64,000 nt of DNA from Lepidodermella squamata (GCA_047495785.1 JBLDXI010000015.1:3348001-3412000); one strand, 5' to 3'. Shown: positions 36,687 through 49,833, numbered from the stretch's first letter. Notes: generated by a model not told the origin, from the sequence alone. Translations and numbers: made by a program.

Positions 36687-39600
36687 CTAAATTTCACGGC
36701 TACTTCTTCCGGATTGCCCATCTTTACTGCCCGAGAAGATTGCCGGTGTTTTCAGAGGTGATATTGCCGTTCTCGACCTTGCCGCTATTCCCATGGCGTC
36801 AAGGTGGCTCAGCTCTTGAACAACAGCAGAGTGTCCAGATGCAACCGCATGCATCAGTGCCGTCCTGCCGTCTTTATCTTTCAGTTTCGAAAGACGCGGT
36901 TCTTTTTCGAATAGGTACACGGCAACGTCAAGGTGGCCATACCGGGCAGCGCACATAAGAACGTTGACACCGTTAATGTCGGATATTTTAAGCGCGTCGC
37001 TGTAGGCGTGGTACAGAAATTCGATAGCGTCGATGTGTCCGCCGGAAACTGCGTACATAAGCGCGGTCCAACCGTTTCTATCCTTTAGTGTGACACTGCA
37101 AAAAATAGAAAATGAAAATAAAATCATCTCCGAAATATTAGGATTAGAAATGGTACTGCATTATCAAAAATTCAGTGATTTTTCCGATATCAACGATTTA
37201 TAGGAGGCCAGCATTGAGAATTATGATGCACAACTGACGCCACTAGTAGCTGAAATAACAAATCGTAGGACCATAGGAGACATCGATATCGATCAAGAAA
37301 GGCTAATCCCGAAATCGCAACATTTCGTGAAGCTAAAATTGAGTAATGGAACCTTTTTGGACCTTTTTAAGAACTAAAAAAGTTGTTCCCCGAAATTGAA
37401 AATTGTCCGTGAGAATATCATGGCCTTTGAATATTGAATTTTCGAAGCATTTTAAGCTTGAGTAATTCTCCTTAATTTTATTTCTTATGTTTAAAACAGA
37501 GGAGCTATCACTGAGGGTTCAATTGATAAAAGTACATTCTTACCTGACAGGGTTGACCAGGTGGAGAAACTCAACAATCGCGAAATGTCCCGATTTAGCA
37601 GCGTACATGAGCAGTGTCAAACCGGTGTATTTATCTTGAAATCCAGCCAAATCCGTTCGCTTGTCGACGTAGTACTCAACCAGGTCAAGAAACCCGTTAC
37701 CCGCCGCCATCATCGCGGGCTTTTCCAAGTTCTCCTCACCCTGTGTCCGATTGAGCAAAAAATCAACAACTTCCAGGTTGCCGCTGAATGACGCATGGGT
37801 CATCGCATTCCAGCCGTTGTTATCCTGTATCGGCAGAATATCGACGTATCGATCGCATAGAAATTGCACGATTTTCTGGTGGTTGTTAGCCGCGGCAAAC
37901 ATCAGAGCCGTGCAACCAGTTCGATTCTTGTGCTTCACAGCGCTTGGGAATAGCTCCGTGATTTTGATTAAAACATCAACAGCGCCTTTTCTAGCGGCAC
38001 ATAACAGCAGCTCGCCCTGATCGTTTTTGTTCAACGCCTTGCCGTCGTAGGAATTGACGAAATTTTCAAAGGCTGCCACGCTGTCTTTATCATGTAGGCA
38101 GTCGAAAAACTTGCGGTAAGACTCATTCAGGCAAAAATCATCCTCCCATTTTCGTTCCTCATGCAATTTTTGCGTCGGTTGTCCTAACATTTCGATCAGG
38201 CTAACTCGATCCGGAGTGTATCGCCACGTGTCTTTATCGCCGAATAAATGCTGTAGTAAACTTTTCGGCTTCCCGTTATTTTTCGTGGGATTAATCGAGA
38301 GACTCAAATCTCGATCCTCGTTAACCAGTGAAACGATATCGATTCGAAATTCGCGAAGCTTGAAAATGATTTCACGAATCAATCGATACGAAATACTAGC
38401 GCCGAAGAATGAATTCGGATTTATCGCCCAGTTGATAGTGTAGAGATAGTGCAGGAACGTCATGCCGTTAGTTTCAGGCGACTTTTGACGGCAAAGTTCG
38501 GCCAGATCAGCCGCCTCAAGCTTCTCAATCGCCTTTGACAGCAATAGAAGCCGCCGCTGTTTCACAGCTTCGTACAACTTTTTCGTTGAATATGGATGGA
38601 TAGATTCAGCTTTTTTAGTGTTCAGCCGGCCTGTTATAATTCGAAGCCGAATTTTGCTTAGCGATTGATCTGGCAGTTTGTAGACACCCGCCGCATGATT
38701 CGCAGCAGCTTCGTGCAGCATTTGATGAATAAACCAACATTCTTCACCTTAAAAACGGAAATTAAAATGTCTTAAAATTCAGTTTCAATTAAAGAAACCT
38801 GGGTTATTCGCGACTGTTTTCCGGACGAGGGACTTGTCTGCTAGAAGTTGGCACATTCGCTCTGTAGCCGAACGATTTTGAGGGTCATGATCCCACAAAA
38901 TAGCCAAATCTTGAATGCTAACAGGCTCGCCGGGGTCAAACATCAGAAACACATAGTACGCCTTTCTAAGCTTGTCTGCCAGCATTTTTAGGCTGAACTC
39001 GAAAAGCTGGACAACACTTCCGTACTGATTTCCAACATTTAACGTGCTAACATTTGAAGCCATGAAGGTTTGAAACTGCTCTTGCTGGACGTTTTTGAGA
39101 TTAGCCGCGACTAAACTAGCCATTAAAGGTAGCCCGTAACAACGCTGGGCTACAGCTTGAATTTGTTTAGTCGTCAAAGTTTCATTCAGAGAGTAAGTTA
39201 TCTCCAACATTTCCGTAATGTTTTCATCGGTCAATTCAGTGACGCGTAAAACTTGCCCGATCAAAGGAACTTTTTGGTACAACGGCGTAGTTAAAACGAC
39301 AGGATCTCTTGAAATCACGATACACGGAACGCCCGGGTGGACTTGGCGGAAAAATTGCAGTAGATCCTCGTTGAAAACATCGTCCAGTATGAAAATTGCC
39401 TGCTCGGAAAATTGCCTGAAAAAATCGACGAATTGCGCCAGGCGGGTGAATTTTGTGATTTTGCCGAAGCGGGCGTTAACTTTAGCCAAGAGAGCTTTTA
39501 GGAAGGTTCGTTGCTGCTTCACGCCGAATTCTTTCGGCTTCTGCCACTCGAAGCAGTTCAACCAAACTGCAGCTCTTACACTGCACGTGTTGAGGAAAAA

Positions 39601-40391
39601 TTCACGATTCGATTTCTCGGTGAAGACTCGCTCGATTAATGTGGTTTTTCCAACCCCACCATCACCCGCGATTAGTAAAGAGCCTTGTCTAGGGTTCGCA
39701 CAAACTGATTGAATCCCCCTCAGAATTTCCATCTCATAATTTGATCTTTCATAGTATTGAGCCGGTTTTTGAATATTTATCGCTCGAAATCTGAAAATAT
39801 TTCAGTGATTTTATTTTAAAATAATTTTTTAAGCTGGCTTACTTTCTAACTTCCAGGCCCGAAGGAGCTCGAATTACGTTCATGTTGAGCATTTCGAACA
39901 AATGAACTCGAAGAACTTCGTTCGGATCTTCCTCTTTCAAATAGTCAACCTCTACTTTGCCGCCTTTCAATGCGTAGAACCAGTCGTCGAATTTGAATGG
40001 AATCGCCTTAGCTCGAACGAAAACCATCTTTTTATTCTGATCAGCTGCTAGCATAGCCTCGCGTTGGCAGTCGAAATTTGTCTGATACCGCTCGCTGTAG
40101 ACAATTATCACCAAATCAGCTAATTTTATCGCCTGTAACAATTCAAAATCTGGAAGGCTGAATCTAATGAAGAAAAGGGCTTACCTTTGCTATTTTGTCG
40201 TACTTTTCTTCATCGAATTTGCTAATAGGAACATTGATGTAAGGAACAAATCGTCCAGATTGCAGCAGATAGTCAGCCACTTTATGAGCGATTTCAGTCG
40301 TGCTAGCTGTATCGATTCGGTCATAGCTGATATAGATTGTTGGCCTGAAACTTATCGCCGATGTCTGTCTGCTGTCAGCATCGTCTTCCAT
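36687..40391 (-). CDS. TIR-NB-ARC(STAND)-ankyrin repeat protein (NLR-like), about 1033 aa; exons 40391-40185, 40132-39843, 39790-38799, 38747-37544, 37095-36687
   Basis: TIR: IYISY, AIKLADLVIIVYSERY..CQREA. NB-ARC: GDGGVGKTT, FILDDV, IVISRD, CYGLPL, LADKSLV, IHQ. Repeated GxTALMxA ankyrins. All four GT-AG introns (52, 52, 51, 448 nt) are phase-compatible. Confidence 0.85.
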
Positions 40392-41568
40392 TTTTTTTTT
40401 ACAGAAAAGCTGTACTCTTTTTTGCGAAGCTAGTTCTATCTGTTTTTTGCTGTAAGCGTCTATAAGCCTGCCAGGTTTGTCCTTGTGGTATCAAGTAAAC
40501 GCTTCGGTCTTCGTTACCATGGGGCGACGACCGGTGAAAATCAATGGCGTTGCTTAAGGAATGAGATTCCATGTGTGGTCGAAAAAAGGAGGTTTGCTCG
40601 TCAAAAATTTACGCACCGAATCGACCGGAATCAACCTTTAATGCCTGATTTTACACCGATAAACACCTTCACAACCAACGATGAGCTTCAATGATTTATT
40701 GATTAATTATTATTCATTGTCCTGGAAATTTTTAGGCTGGTCGATTCAGCATTCAGCATTCAGCGATAAGGAAATGTTTTCGTGTAGCATTTCGCTATGA
40801 TCTTTCGAATGAAAAGAAGAGTTGAAACAATAAAATTTGCCGGCGGTTATTCATTCATTGCTTTGATTCACGTGGACACCGTAATACACTCACGTGTTTT
40901 TTTCTAAGAAATAAAGCACTGCATTAAGTTGTCGCCAACTAGGTTTTTTCGTGATGCGTGTTTTTTTCAATCCAGGCGAACTAACACATGCTCAGGCCTG
41001 GCGTAATGGTTGTCAAATGAACGACAGCCTTATCAAGTAAAACAAGGTTTAGTCAAGCTTCTATTCATTGCTTTGTATCGATTCCCATCTTCCAAAGTTC
41101 AAGGTCAGTTTGGCTATGTAATAAAATGTTTTAAGGCGTTTCTTCAAGGTTAAAATAGCTATTCATTTTATCAATAAATATTTTTGAAAGCCAACGTTTA
41201 CATTGAAATGAAAATACGCCCATGTCCATTGACTAGAAATTCCTGACTTCAATGACAAGTGTGTAGAGCTGTGGCTATATATGTGGTTTGTAAGCCGAGT
41301 TTATACGCAAAAAATAGGCTTAAATGAAGCATAATATAAGTTGCACGAATCCGCCGTATAATGGGTAATCTAAGATGTTATTGTACAATATATATTGCCA
41401 GGTGATATGGTATACTATACGAAGAGCCTCTGTATCTAAATGCTAATTTGTAAAAAAAATCAGAGTTTTATACATCAATCCGACAATGGACTTTGCCGTG
41501 AATTATTTAAGCATTCTTTTCTATTTTTCGCTTTCTTGTAGGTCTGCAGCTGGTTATAATCAAAAGAA

Positions 41569-44280
41569 ATGTCCTCATACCTGCCACTAGAAGATTGCTT
41601 CGTTTTCAAAAGTAATATCCGTAATTTTCATTAGCTTAAATTCTATTTTGTTCTCCATCAGTCGTGTTGGTCGGCGATTCTGGAGTAGGAAAGAGCAATG
41701 TCTTATCTAGGGAACGCAATCGAGGCAGCTCGTTAAGTGGAAAGGAATTGAATTCGCCTGGGGTTGAATTCGTCACCCGAACATGCCAGATCGAGAAAAA
41801 ATTAGTGAAAGCTCAGGTAATTTATAATATAAATTTTATTTTATTTTAATATTGAAGCGTTTCTCATTACAGATCTGGGATACATCGGGGAAAGAAAGCT
41901 TCCGTCAAATAACCAATGCGTAATTTTTTTGCTTTTTTCGATTGAAGCTACCTTATATTTTATGTTATACCTTAATTTTATGATTAATTTATAATTTAAT
42001 ATATTAATATAGGTATATAATTTAATAATATATAATATAATTTATACGAAATTTTTTTCAATTTTTAACAGAATTTACCGTGGAGCTTATGGAGCGATGC
42101 TTGTCTACGACATCTCACAAGCCACCTCTTTTGAGCACTGTTCTAATTGGCTGCGAGAACTCCGCGAACATTCCGATAACGAGCTGGTCGTCATGCTTGT
42201 TGGCAACAAATGCGACTTGGAGCACAAGCGCGCGGTTTCCACGGAAAAAGGCCGCTGGTTTGCCGAGCGCAACGGACTCATGTTTATGGAAACGTCCACC
42301 TTCGACGCAAACACCGTCGATACAGCCTTCAGCTGCTTGTTGACAGGTAAATACATATAATTTATGACGGCTTAATAGAAAACTATGAATCCTATCACCT
42401 CAAAATTTTTTATTTCCACAACCTTGTAGTTATGTTGAAAAGCTTTCAATTTTTGCTTCCGGGAATGCTGATATTATCGGAAAAATCACTTATTTTTTTA
42501 ATCGATACTTGGAATCGATATCGACCCTTATTTTTCGTAAAATTCTAGGGATGACTCATTTTTGGGAAATTTAATGTTGGAACCCTATAATTGGTACTTA
42601 TTTCCTATTTTCTAGAAATAATGCGTCGCCGGAATTCCAGTCAGCCGCCAAGCCGTGACAACTCGATGGCTTTCATGCACACAGCCGAAACGTTGGCAGT
42701 TCGAACGGCACAACTTCAAAGCTCGATATCGCGCTTAGAGAAGGTCCGTAGTCAATCAGACGCCGGTCTACAGAGGATGATGCCCTTATCTGAAATCGTA
42801 ACCTCCCTTTCTCAGGAATTGCGTGAAGCCAGGCGTCAAGAAGCTATCAATCGAACAAGACTCGAGGAGGAGATCAACAAACGGCAACACCTGGAACATG
42901 CCGAACTGCTGAATGGCTCTATTTCGCCGATTAAGGAGGTGGTTTTATTCTGAAATTACTTCAGCATTGTTTCATTATTTTTTGAAATTAGAAGTTTAGT
43001 TTGCTATCTCTTGGTAAGGAGATAGCTTCTAGGTCCGACTACACCGTCTTGAAACATCTCGGCGGAGGTCAGTTTGACAGGGTTTGCTTGGCTGTTCGCA
43101 AGTCGGACCATGCCAAGTTCGCCATCAAGGAGGTGAATTGGACTGGCATATCCGAGGCCGGCAATTGTAAATACTCGTCGAAAGAACTGATTGCCATGGC
43201 GACGGAAGAAGCCGAGCAAATGGTCATATTGCAACACCCTAATATTTTACGGGTTTTCGGATTTTTTGAAGGTTTGAATTAAATTAATAACAAATTTAAC
43301 AAACGACTAATGCTACTTCAAATCGGCTGTCTATTAAGATGATATGGGTATTTTTGATAAACGCAAGTCATAGAAATTAACAGAAATTAGCTTTTAGCTA
43401 ATACAAATAATTTAATCAGGCTAGAAAAATCTATCAATTATTTACTACGAATTAACCTAGTTAGCTTAGCCTTCGCTATAGCTATTCTAGGATAGCGGTT
43501 TTGTGACTTTTGTCCTATTTTAGAATGTGTCGGCGGTCATCTTTGTCATCATTTGATCATGGAACACTTTGAATCGGGAGAGCTGTACGATCTGCTACAA
43601 CGGCGCGAAGGAAATCTATTTACCCCAGCTCAGATAATTCCTTGGATCGAGCAACTGTGTTCGGCTGTAAAATATCTTCACGACAGAGAAATACTTCATC
43701 GAGATATCAAAACTTCGGTAAACGAAAAATCATCGAAATCTCTCGAATTTTTTACGGAATTTTTTATCTAGAATATTTTCTGCCTGGACGGGAATCGCAT
43801 CTTGAAACTTGGCGACTTTGGTCTGTCAAAAGATGTCAAGCAAGCAACAAAACGTACCACGATTCCTGAACGGTATATTGCGCCCGAAATGCTTGGGACG
43901 GACGAACCTCCTTACACCGACAAATGCGATGTCTGGAGCCTCGGCGTTGCTATCTACGAAATCGCCTGCCTTCAACTACCCGTAAATTGATAGGAAATTG
44001 TAGTCATTTTTCACATGTCTGTTTTTAGTTTGACAGCCACGAAGGGAATCGTGAAGCAATCAAAGAAAAAGTTCTTGAGTGAGTTTCATAGACTGATTCG
44101 TTTGAAATATAATCTCGCTGAATTCGTAGGGAAACGCCTAAGCCGATTCCAAGCATTTACGGGTCGAATTTGCAGCAGCTTATCGATAATATGCTTCAAA
44201 AAGATCCGGTCCGACGTGTTGCCATGCCTCGAGCTCTACGGCTCGCTATTCTACTTTCAGAAATGGACACAACCGAATGA
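41569..44280 (+). CDS. Rab11-like GTPase - coiled coil - NEK-like Ser/Thr kinase fusion, about 575 aa; exons 41569-41611, 41662-41816, 41873-41919, 42072-42346, 42616-42938, 42992-43271, 43524-43717, 43772-43981, 44029-44078, 44130-44280
   Basis: Rab part: GDSGVGKSN, GVEF, IWDTSGKE, NKCD, METS. Kinase part: LGGGQF, FAIKE, HPNI, HRDIKTSNIF, LGDFG, YIAPE, DVWSLG, MLQKDPVRR. All junctions are phase-consistent with no internal stop. Confidence 0.75.
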
Positions 44281-45509
44281 AAATAACTTGATTTAACGTT
44301 CCCGTTGTATCATCTTCTGTTCATTATTTAATCAGCGCTAATATTATGTGTTTCTTATGATATTCTAAGAGCTTGTTGGTTATGCTATAGATACCTGTTA
44401 CCTGTTACAAACGAAGAGACTGCTCGTTTTAGACCTTTTAGTATGATTTCTCGGAAGAAAAAGAGAATAAAAGTCGTAATTTATTTTACCCCTTCAGCTG
44501 CAGGACCTCGGAATATTGAACGCTTAAATGATGGTTTCTAGGTGAAGATTCCCATCAGCTCAATCATGAAATATCAGGTCTTCAGATCCCCAAGAGGTAT
44601 ATATTTTCTCTCTGACGAATCGTTTTATTCCGCTTCTGAGCACCAGAATTCTAAAATTCTACCAAATTTCTACGGATGGACGACGACTTCTGATGCGAAC
44701 CCACAATTGATCGCAACTGCGCAATTATGCAGGATGAAGAGGGAGGGTTTGACGCAAATTGATGGGTTATGACTTACTGCTCCGTGAATAAACACGATCT
44801 GATCCATTTACTCACTGTCCGATTTAAAATATTTGATCAATTTAATTTTAGATGAGTAATGATGAAGGCCTCGCACCTTCCGTTCTCGTCGCATTGCAAT
44901 AAGCAGTCGCTCGATTATATTGCAGTAGGGACTCGATAATTTTATTTTACGCATTTAAAGGCCTCAAAAATCATAATTATCATTATTAATTTTCCGGACG
45001 ACCATCGTTGTTTATCGGCTATATCGATTCCCAGCAGTCGTCGCGCGTTTTTTCCCTCCCCTTTCGTGTCACCATGCTACGCAACTCGATAATGACTCGA
45101 TATCTGTATATATAACACACTATCGCAGAATAATATTTTATTCAAGTAGATGTTGTATATTATGAATAAGAAGTAAAATGGCCAGCACATAATATTTCTG
45201 CCTGAGTGATAGACTGGATGATCGACTGCATCAGTAGTTCGCGGATGCGTGTCGCGACAACCAGTCAACATCGAATAATAACTCTCATTTGCATTTATTT
45301 ATTATAACGCAATAATTCGGCTAGAAATTTTATTAGTTAATTCATTATTTATTTATAGATTCTGCGTCGCGCGCCCGAGTTTCGCCGATTTTTTCGCACA
45401 ACAAAAATAACAAACATATAAAAACACTGCGAGAACAACTAAAAGCCTTGTATATCCATCCATTATTTTATAACAAGGTTAAAGCTGATTATTACTGAAA
45501 TCATTCCAA

Positions 45510-46440
45510 ATGGAAGTTGATGACCAGAACTTGCAAATGAAAAGTTAGCATTTTTAGCGACTCGCTGCTTTTTCATTTCTTTTGTCTTACCCATAGTTGT
45601 GATCGTTGGCGATACTGGGACTGGGAAGACATCGCTGTCAACTCGTTTCTGCCATAAACAATTTCATGGCAAGACAGAGCCGACTATCGGCATCGAATTT
45701 ACAACGTACAAAACTAAATTCGATAAGAAATCAATCACTATTCAGGTAATCATCGATTCCTTAAAAACCATTTTTTTTAATTTATGATTTTTTCCCCAGT
45801 TATGGGACACTGCTGGCCTTGAGCGATACCGAGCAATAACTAGCGCTTATTACAAAAGGTGCGATGGTCTGTTACTGGTGTACGACTGCACTAAGCGGGA
45901 AACTTTCGAAAGGTTACCGAAATTGCTGAGTGAAACTAGAGTCCACGGCCCCGCCGATTTGGTCATCCTGCTCGTCGGCAATAAATCAGACCTCTGTTCG
46001 GCAACTATGGACGATGAGGATGATATCGATGATCGACGAGCAGTTACGATCGATGAAGCAATGGACTTTGCAGGTGAGAGTATTTTCAATTAAATTTTCA
46101 ATAATATCAGCGTCAAATTTTAATAGAGAGCGAAGGAATATCGGGTTTTATCGAAACTTCAGCGGCCGAATCTACGAATGTGGAGCAAGCCTTTAATAAA
46201 GTTATCTCAGGTATGAAATAACCCGAAATTAAAGTTATTTCCAACTCAAAGTCATGAAAAATTTCAGAAATTATGCATCAGCGTCAGCGGCCTAAGGCAG
46301 TACAGCTCACCTGTTTGAATCACAGCTATGAAGACGACGAATACCCAACACCTGATGTCGAACAAGCCGATGAGATGCCGGTGGTTATTGATGACATTGG
46401 AAATATCGATTCCCCTTCGGCTGTCTCGGAAATAGTTTAA
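45510..46440 (+). CDS. Divergent Rab11-family-like GTPase; exons 45510-45543, 45597-45745, 45799-46073, 46127-46210, 46268-46440
   Basis: [51 protein letters not shown]. Confidence 0.85.
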
Positions 46441-47713
46441 ACCTTTCAATCCTGGCTTTGGCAATAACACGCGATCAGGACCTGCTGTCCTTTAGTTATA
46501 TGTTTATACCTGGTTTTTTCTGGTGTTAAATAGATCGGAATACTATTTTGTGAAAAGCTGTTAATAAATAATTTGAAATTTATGCAAAATTAATGGCTAA
46601 TTACAGTGATTTGTGTGTAAAATGGACTATTAACGGCATGAGAATTGGTCCCGATTATGTGAAGTAGGATGATGCAATGTGAAAATTAACCTGAATTTTA
46701 CGGCCGGATTCATTTAAGGGGTCTCACATTTATATAATATTTCTTCGTAGGATACTCGGTTTTGCATAGGCTTTGCAAGGTTTCATAATCCGGACTTATG
46801 AACATTAAAATAACCGGTCAAAAATGGTTCGAAATTCGAAAGTCCGGATACATTCATTACATGTAAAGTCCATGATTTCGGCATGGGCCATCCTAATTCG
46901 TCCGGAATCCAAAAAATCACTATATTTGAGATAATAAAACACCGAAAAATTCAACATAACGTCATTTTTATTTTTATCACCCGAAATTGTCCAACTGTAC
47001 TCTTTTCTTCATTTTTTGGCAAAACAGCTTTCTAGCATGCATCTTTCTACGGTAGTCTCATATTTTTTTATAATTAATTGAAAATAAGTTTAAACATAAC
47101 AAAAACCAAATCAGCGGCTATTGAATTGAAATCGTAAATACGAATAAAATATTATATAGTAAATAAGAAAAATTGTCGAGAAAAAATGCGTCGTCAGTCG
47201 TCAGTTAACCCAATATATTATAATTTTTCTACAAAACATTCCTCGAATAATAATAATATAACAATGGAAGGAAGTAAAATGTGTATTATAGCCCGTGCTT
47301 GAAAAATTAGCGCGATGCTCTGCATAAAACAAAAAAATAATATTTCCGTATAAATAATCTAATTTTTCGCGTATCACCTGATGAGAAGCCTAATAAAACT
47401 TTGATAGAAAAAAAAATAAAATTTACAGACAAAAATAGACAGTTGAGGCTATTTGAGACGCTTGTAAACAGGCCTCTGATGTATCAATTCAAAGTAACAA
47501 ACAAAAATTAATCATACCTCCGCAATATAGTAGAAAGAGAAGCCGGTATTTTTGGTGATTAGCAAGTTGGGCGTAATAACGAATATAAATAATTTTGATG
47601 AAATTTAGTGTAGCATACGATTGAAAATAAAATCATCGAGTTGCTCTGATTGATATAATATATAGTAATATAGACATAGTATTGTGTAGTATTTCTTGCA
47701 GGACGACCAAGCG

Positions 47714-49833
47714 TCACAGCAGGCCGTACTGCGTGAGATGGATGCGCTGAATCATGTCTCGACAGTCATTAAATACTCGCCTGACGTTTTCCGTATCAAC
47801 GGCACATGTAAAATGAGGATAGCATTTGTGCGATGCACCAGGCGTTTGATCACTCGTCGAAATGCGCTGTATTGAAATAAATTTTCAATTAAAAAAAATT
47901 ACCGAAAAAATCCAAAAAATTACCAAGAATAGGTCACGAATGAAATACTTTGCCCTTGCAACTTCAGGAGTATCATTTGGTCCCATTTTAGCTACAAAAA
48001 ATTTGAATTAAATTAAATTATCGTGGCTAGAAGTTTTTTCTATACCATCAACTGGCAGTTTATAGGAAGCATATTCGGGGAAGAACTCGTCAATTTTGGA
48101 CCGGCCAGCTTTGACCTTTTCTTCAAGTAGATCCATTTTGTTGAGGAAGAGGATGATTGAAATTTGCCTGAGCCATCGGTTATTCCAGAGACTTTCGAAA
48201 AGCTCTATCGATTCGGTGAGCCGATTTTGAGTTGGATCTTCGCGAAGAACCATGTTGTAACTCGAGCATGACGTTATGTACATGATAGCCGTTACATCGT
48301 TGAAGCATTGAATCCACTTGCGCCGCTCCTCGCGCTGCCCACCAACATCAAACATACTATAAAAAATTGAATAATCAATTATTAGGGCATCTTTCAACAG
48401 TCGCAGCTAACTGGAAGTGAACTTTGTTGACGGTGAATTTTGTTTCGAAAATGCCTGAAGTTAGCACTCGGCATCGTAGGATGTCTTGGTCGTCGGGCAG
48501 GTAGTCAGGTTTCCGAACAGTTTCGACTTTATCGAGGAAGCTGTTGAAGGAAAAAGAATTTTTTTTTATTTTCGCACCTGAAAATTCTTTGGGTCAATCA
48601 ACTTTTCATCTTTTGCACTGCCGGTAGAAAAAATGTTGCCTCAATTTTTTGCGCCGCGCGCTATTTATATCGATGATGTTGCCAAAAATAGCGCACGCCT
48701 TTCATTATTAACGAGTTGAATACCAGGCGGAGAGTTTATTATAAGCGAATGAGAAAAATCACAAACGTCGCGCCGCTCGATGAGCATCATACGGTATAGT
48801 ATCAGTAAGCTCAGGTGATGCATCAATTCATCCTTATAATAATAAAATAATGTAGCAATATATCGCTATAGCTGAAGAAGAAGAAAAACAGAGCGGCGCT
48901 ATCTACAAGACGCTGCCTGCATACAGAAAAAAAACGCCGAGTGATTGCTATGCGCAGCGTAATATATTAACCCTTTTTATTCGAGGGTAATAAAATATCT
49001 AAAAATACGGGACGTGATGAAGCAGGAAAAATGGTTTACAGATGCCTCGATATAACTTACTATTTCGCGCAATCGATTATTTGATACTCGTTAGCACGGT
49101 CGAAGCAAGCTTTGATGCCTTTATCATTCCATAACGCCCACACATGATCGAAAAATTCCTTTGAAAAAAATCGAGAGAAAAATTGAAAAAAGCTGAAAGA
49201 TGAATGCTGAAATTACCTGTGAGTAATCGAAGGAGTTTTTCGCACCCAATTCGAGAATGAAATCAGCGCTCGGTTTCTTAGCTGGGTCTTCAAGCGCGAC
49301 CGGGGGCGTTATTTGCTCCATTGCACCAACGATTGCCTATTTCAATTTAATTTAAAAAAGAAATAAAAATTTGACCCTACTAGGTTACCAAAATGGCATC
49401 CCGAATGTTGCGTCTGATATCTTGAACTTTTTCCAGCCGCTCTCTGTAAAAGAAAAATTAGGAAAAATCCTAAAAATCCTATGAGAATTATACTCTTTCG
49501 TGAAGCCGTTAATGTGGAGGATACGCATCTGTTTCACAATAGTCGATTTTCCTGACTCACCGGCGCCTATTAGCACAATATAAGGCTGCATTTCGACTGA
49601 AATCGATCAATGAATCACAAACCTAATAGGAGTAACCGATAAGTTGATTTGTACTTTTCCTTGTCCTCTTTGAGCTGCTTTTCGATGCTCTTATCGACAC
49701 CGCCCTTCTCCTTCTCCTTCTTCGGCTTGGGTTCCTTTGGCGCCTTGGCTGGCTTGGCTACATCGCCGTTTTCGCTGGCACCGGGCGCTTCCTCGCCGCC
49801 GCCCTTGCCAACACAACCGAACAGCTTCTTCAT
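47714..49833 (-). CDS. GNAS: Heterotrimeric G protein alpha-s subunit, about 9 exons
   Basis: [107 protein letters not shown]. Confidence 0.93.

Noticed and set aside
46470-46500. TGCTGT (Cys-Cys) downstream of the second Rab as a prenylation site
   Set aside because: Beyond the in-frame stop, not terminal in its own frame, and no convincing splice reaches it.
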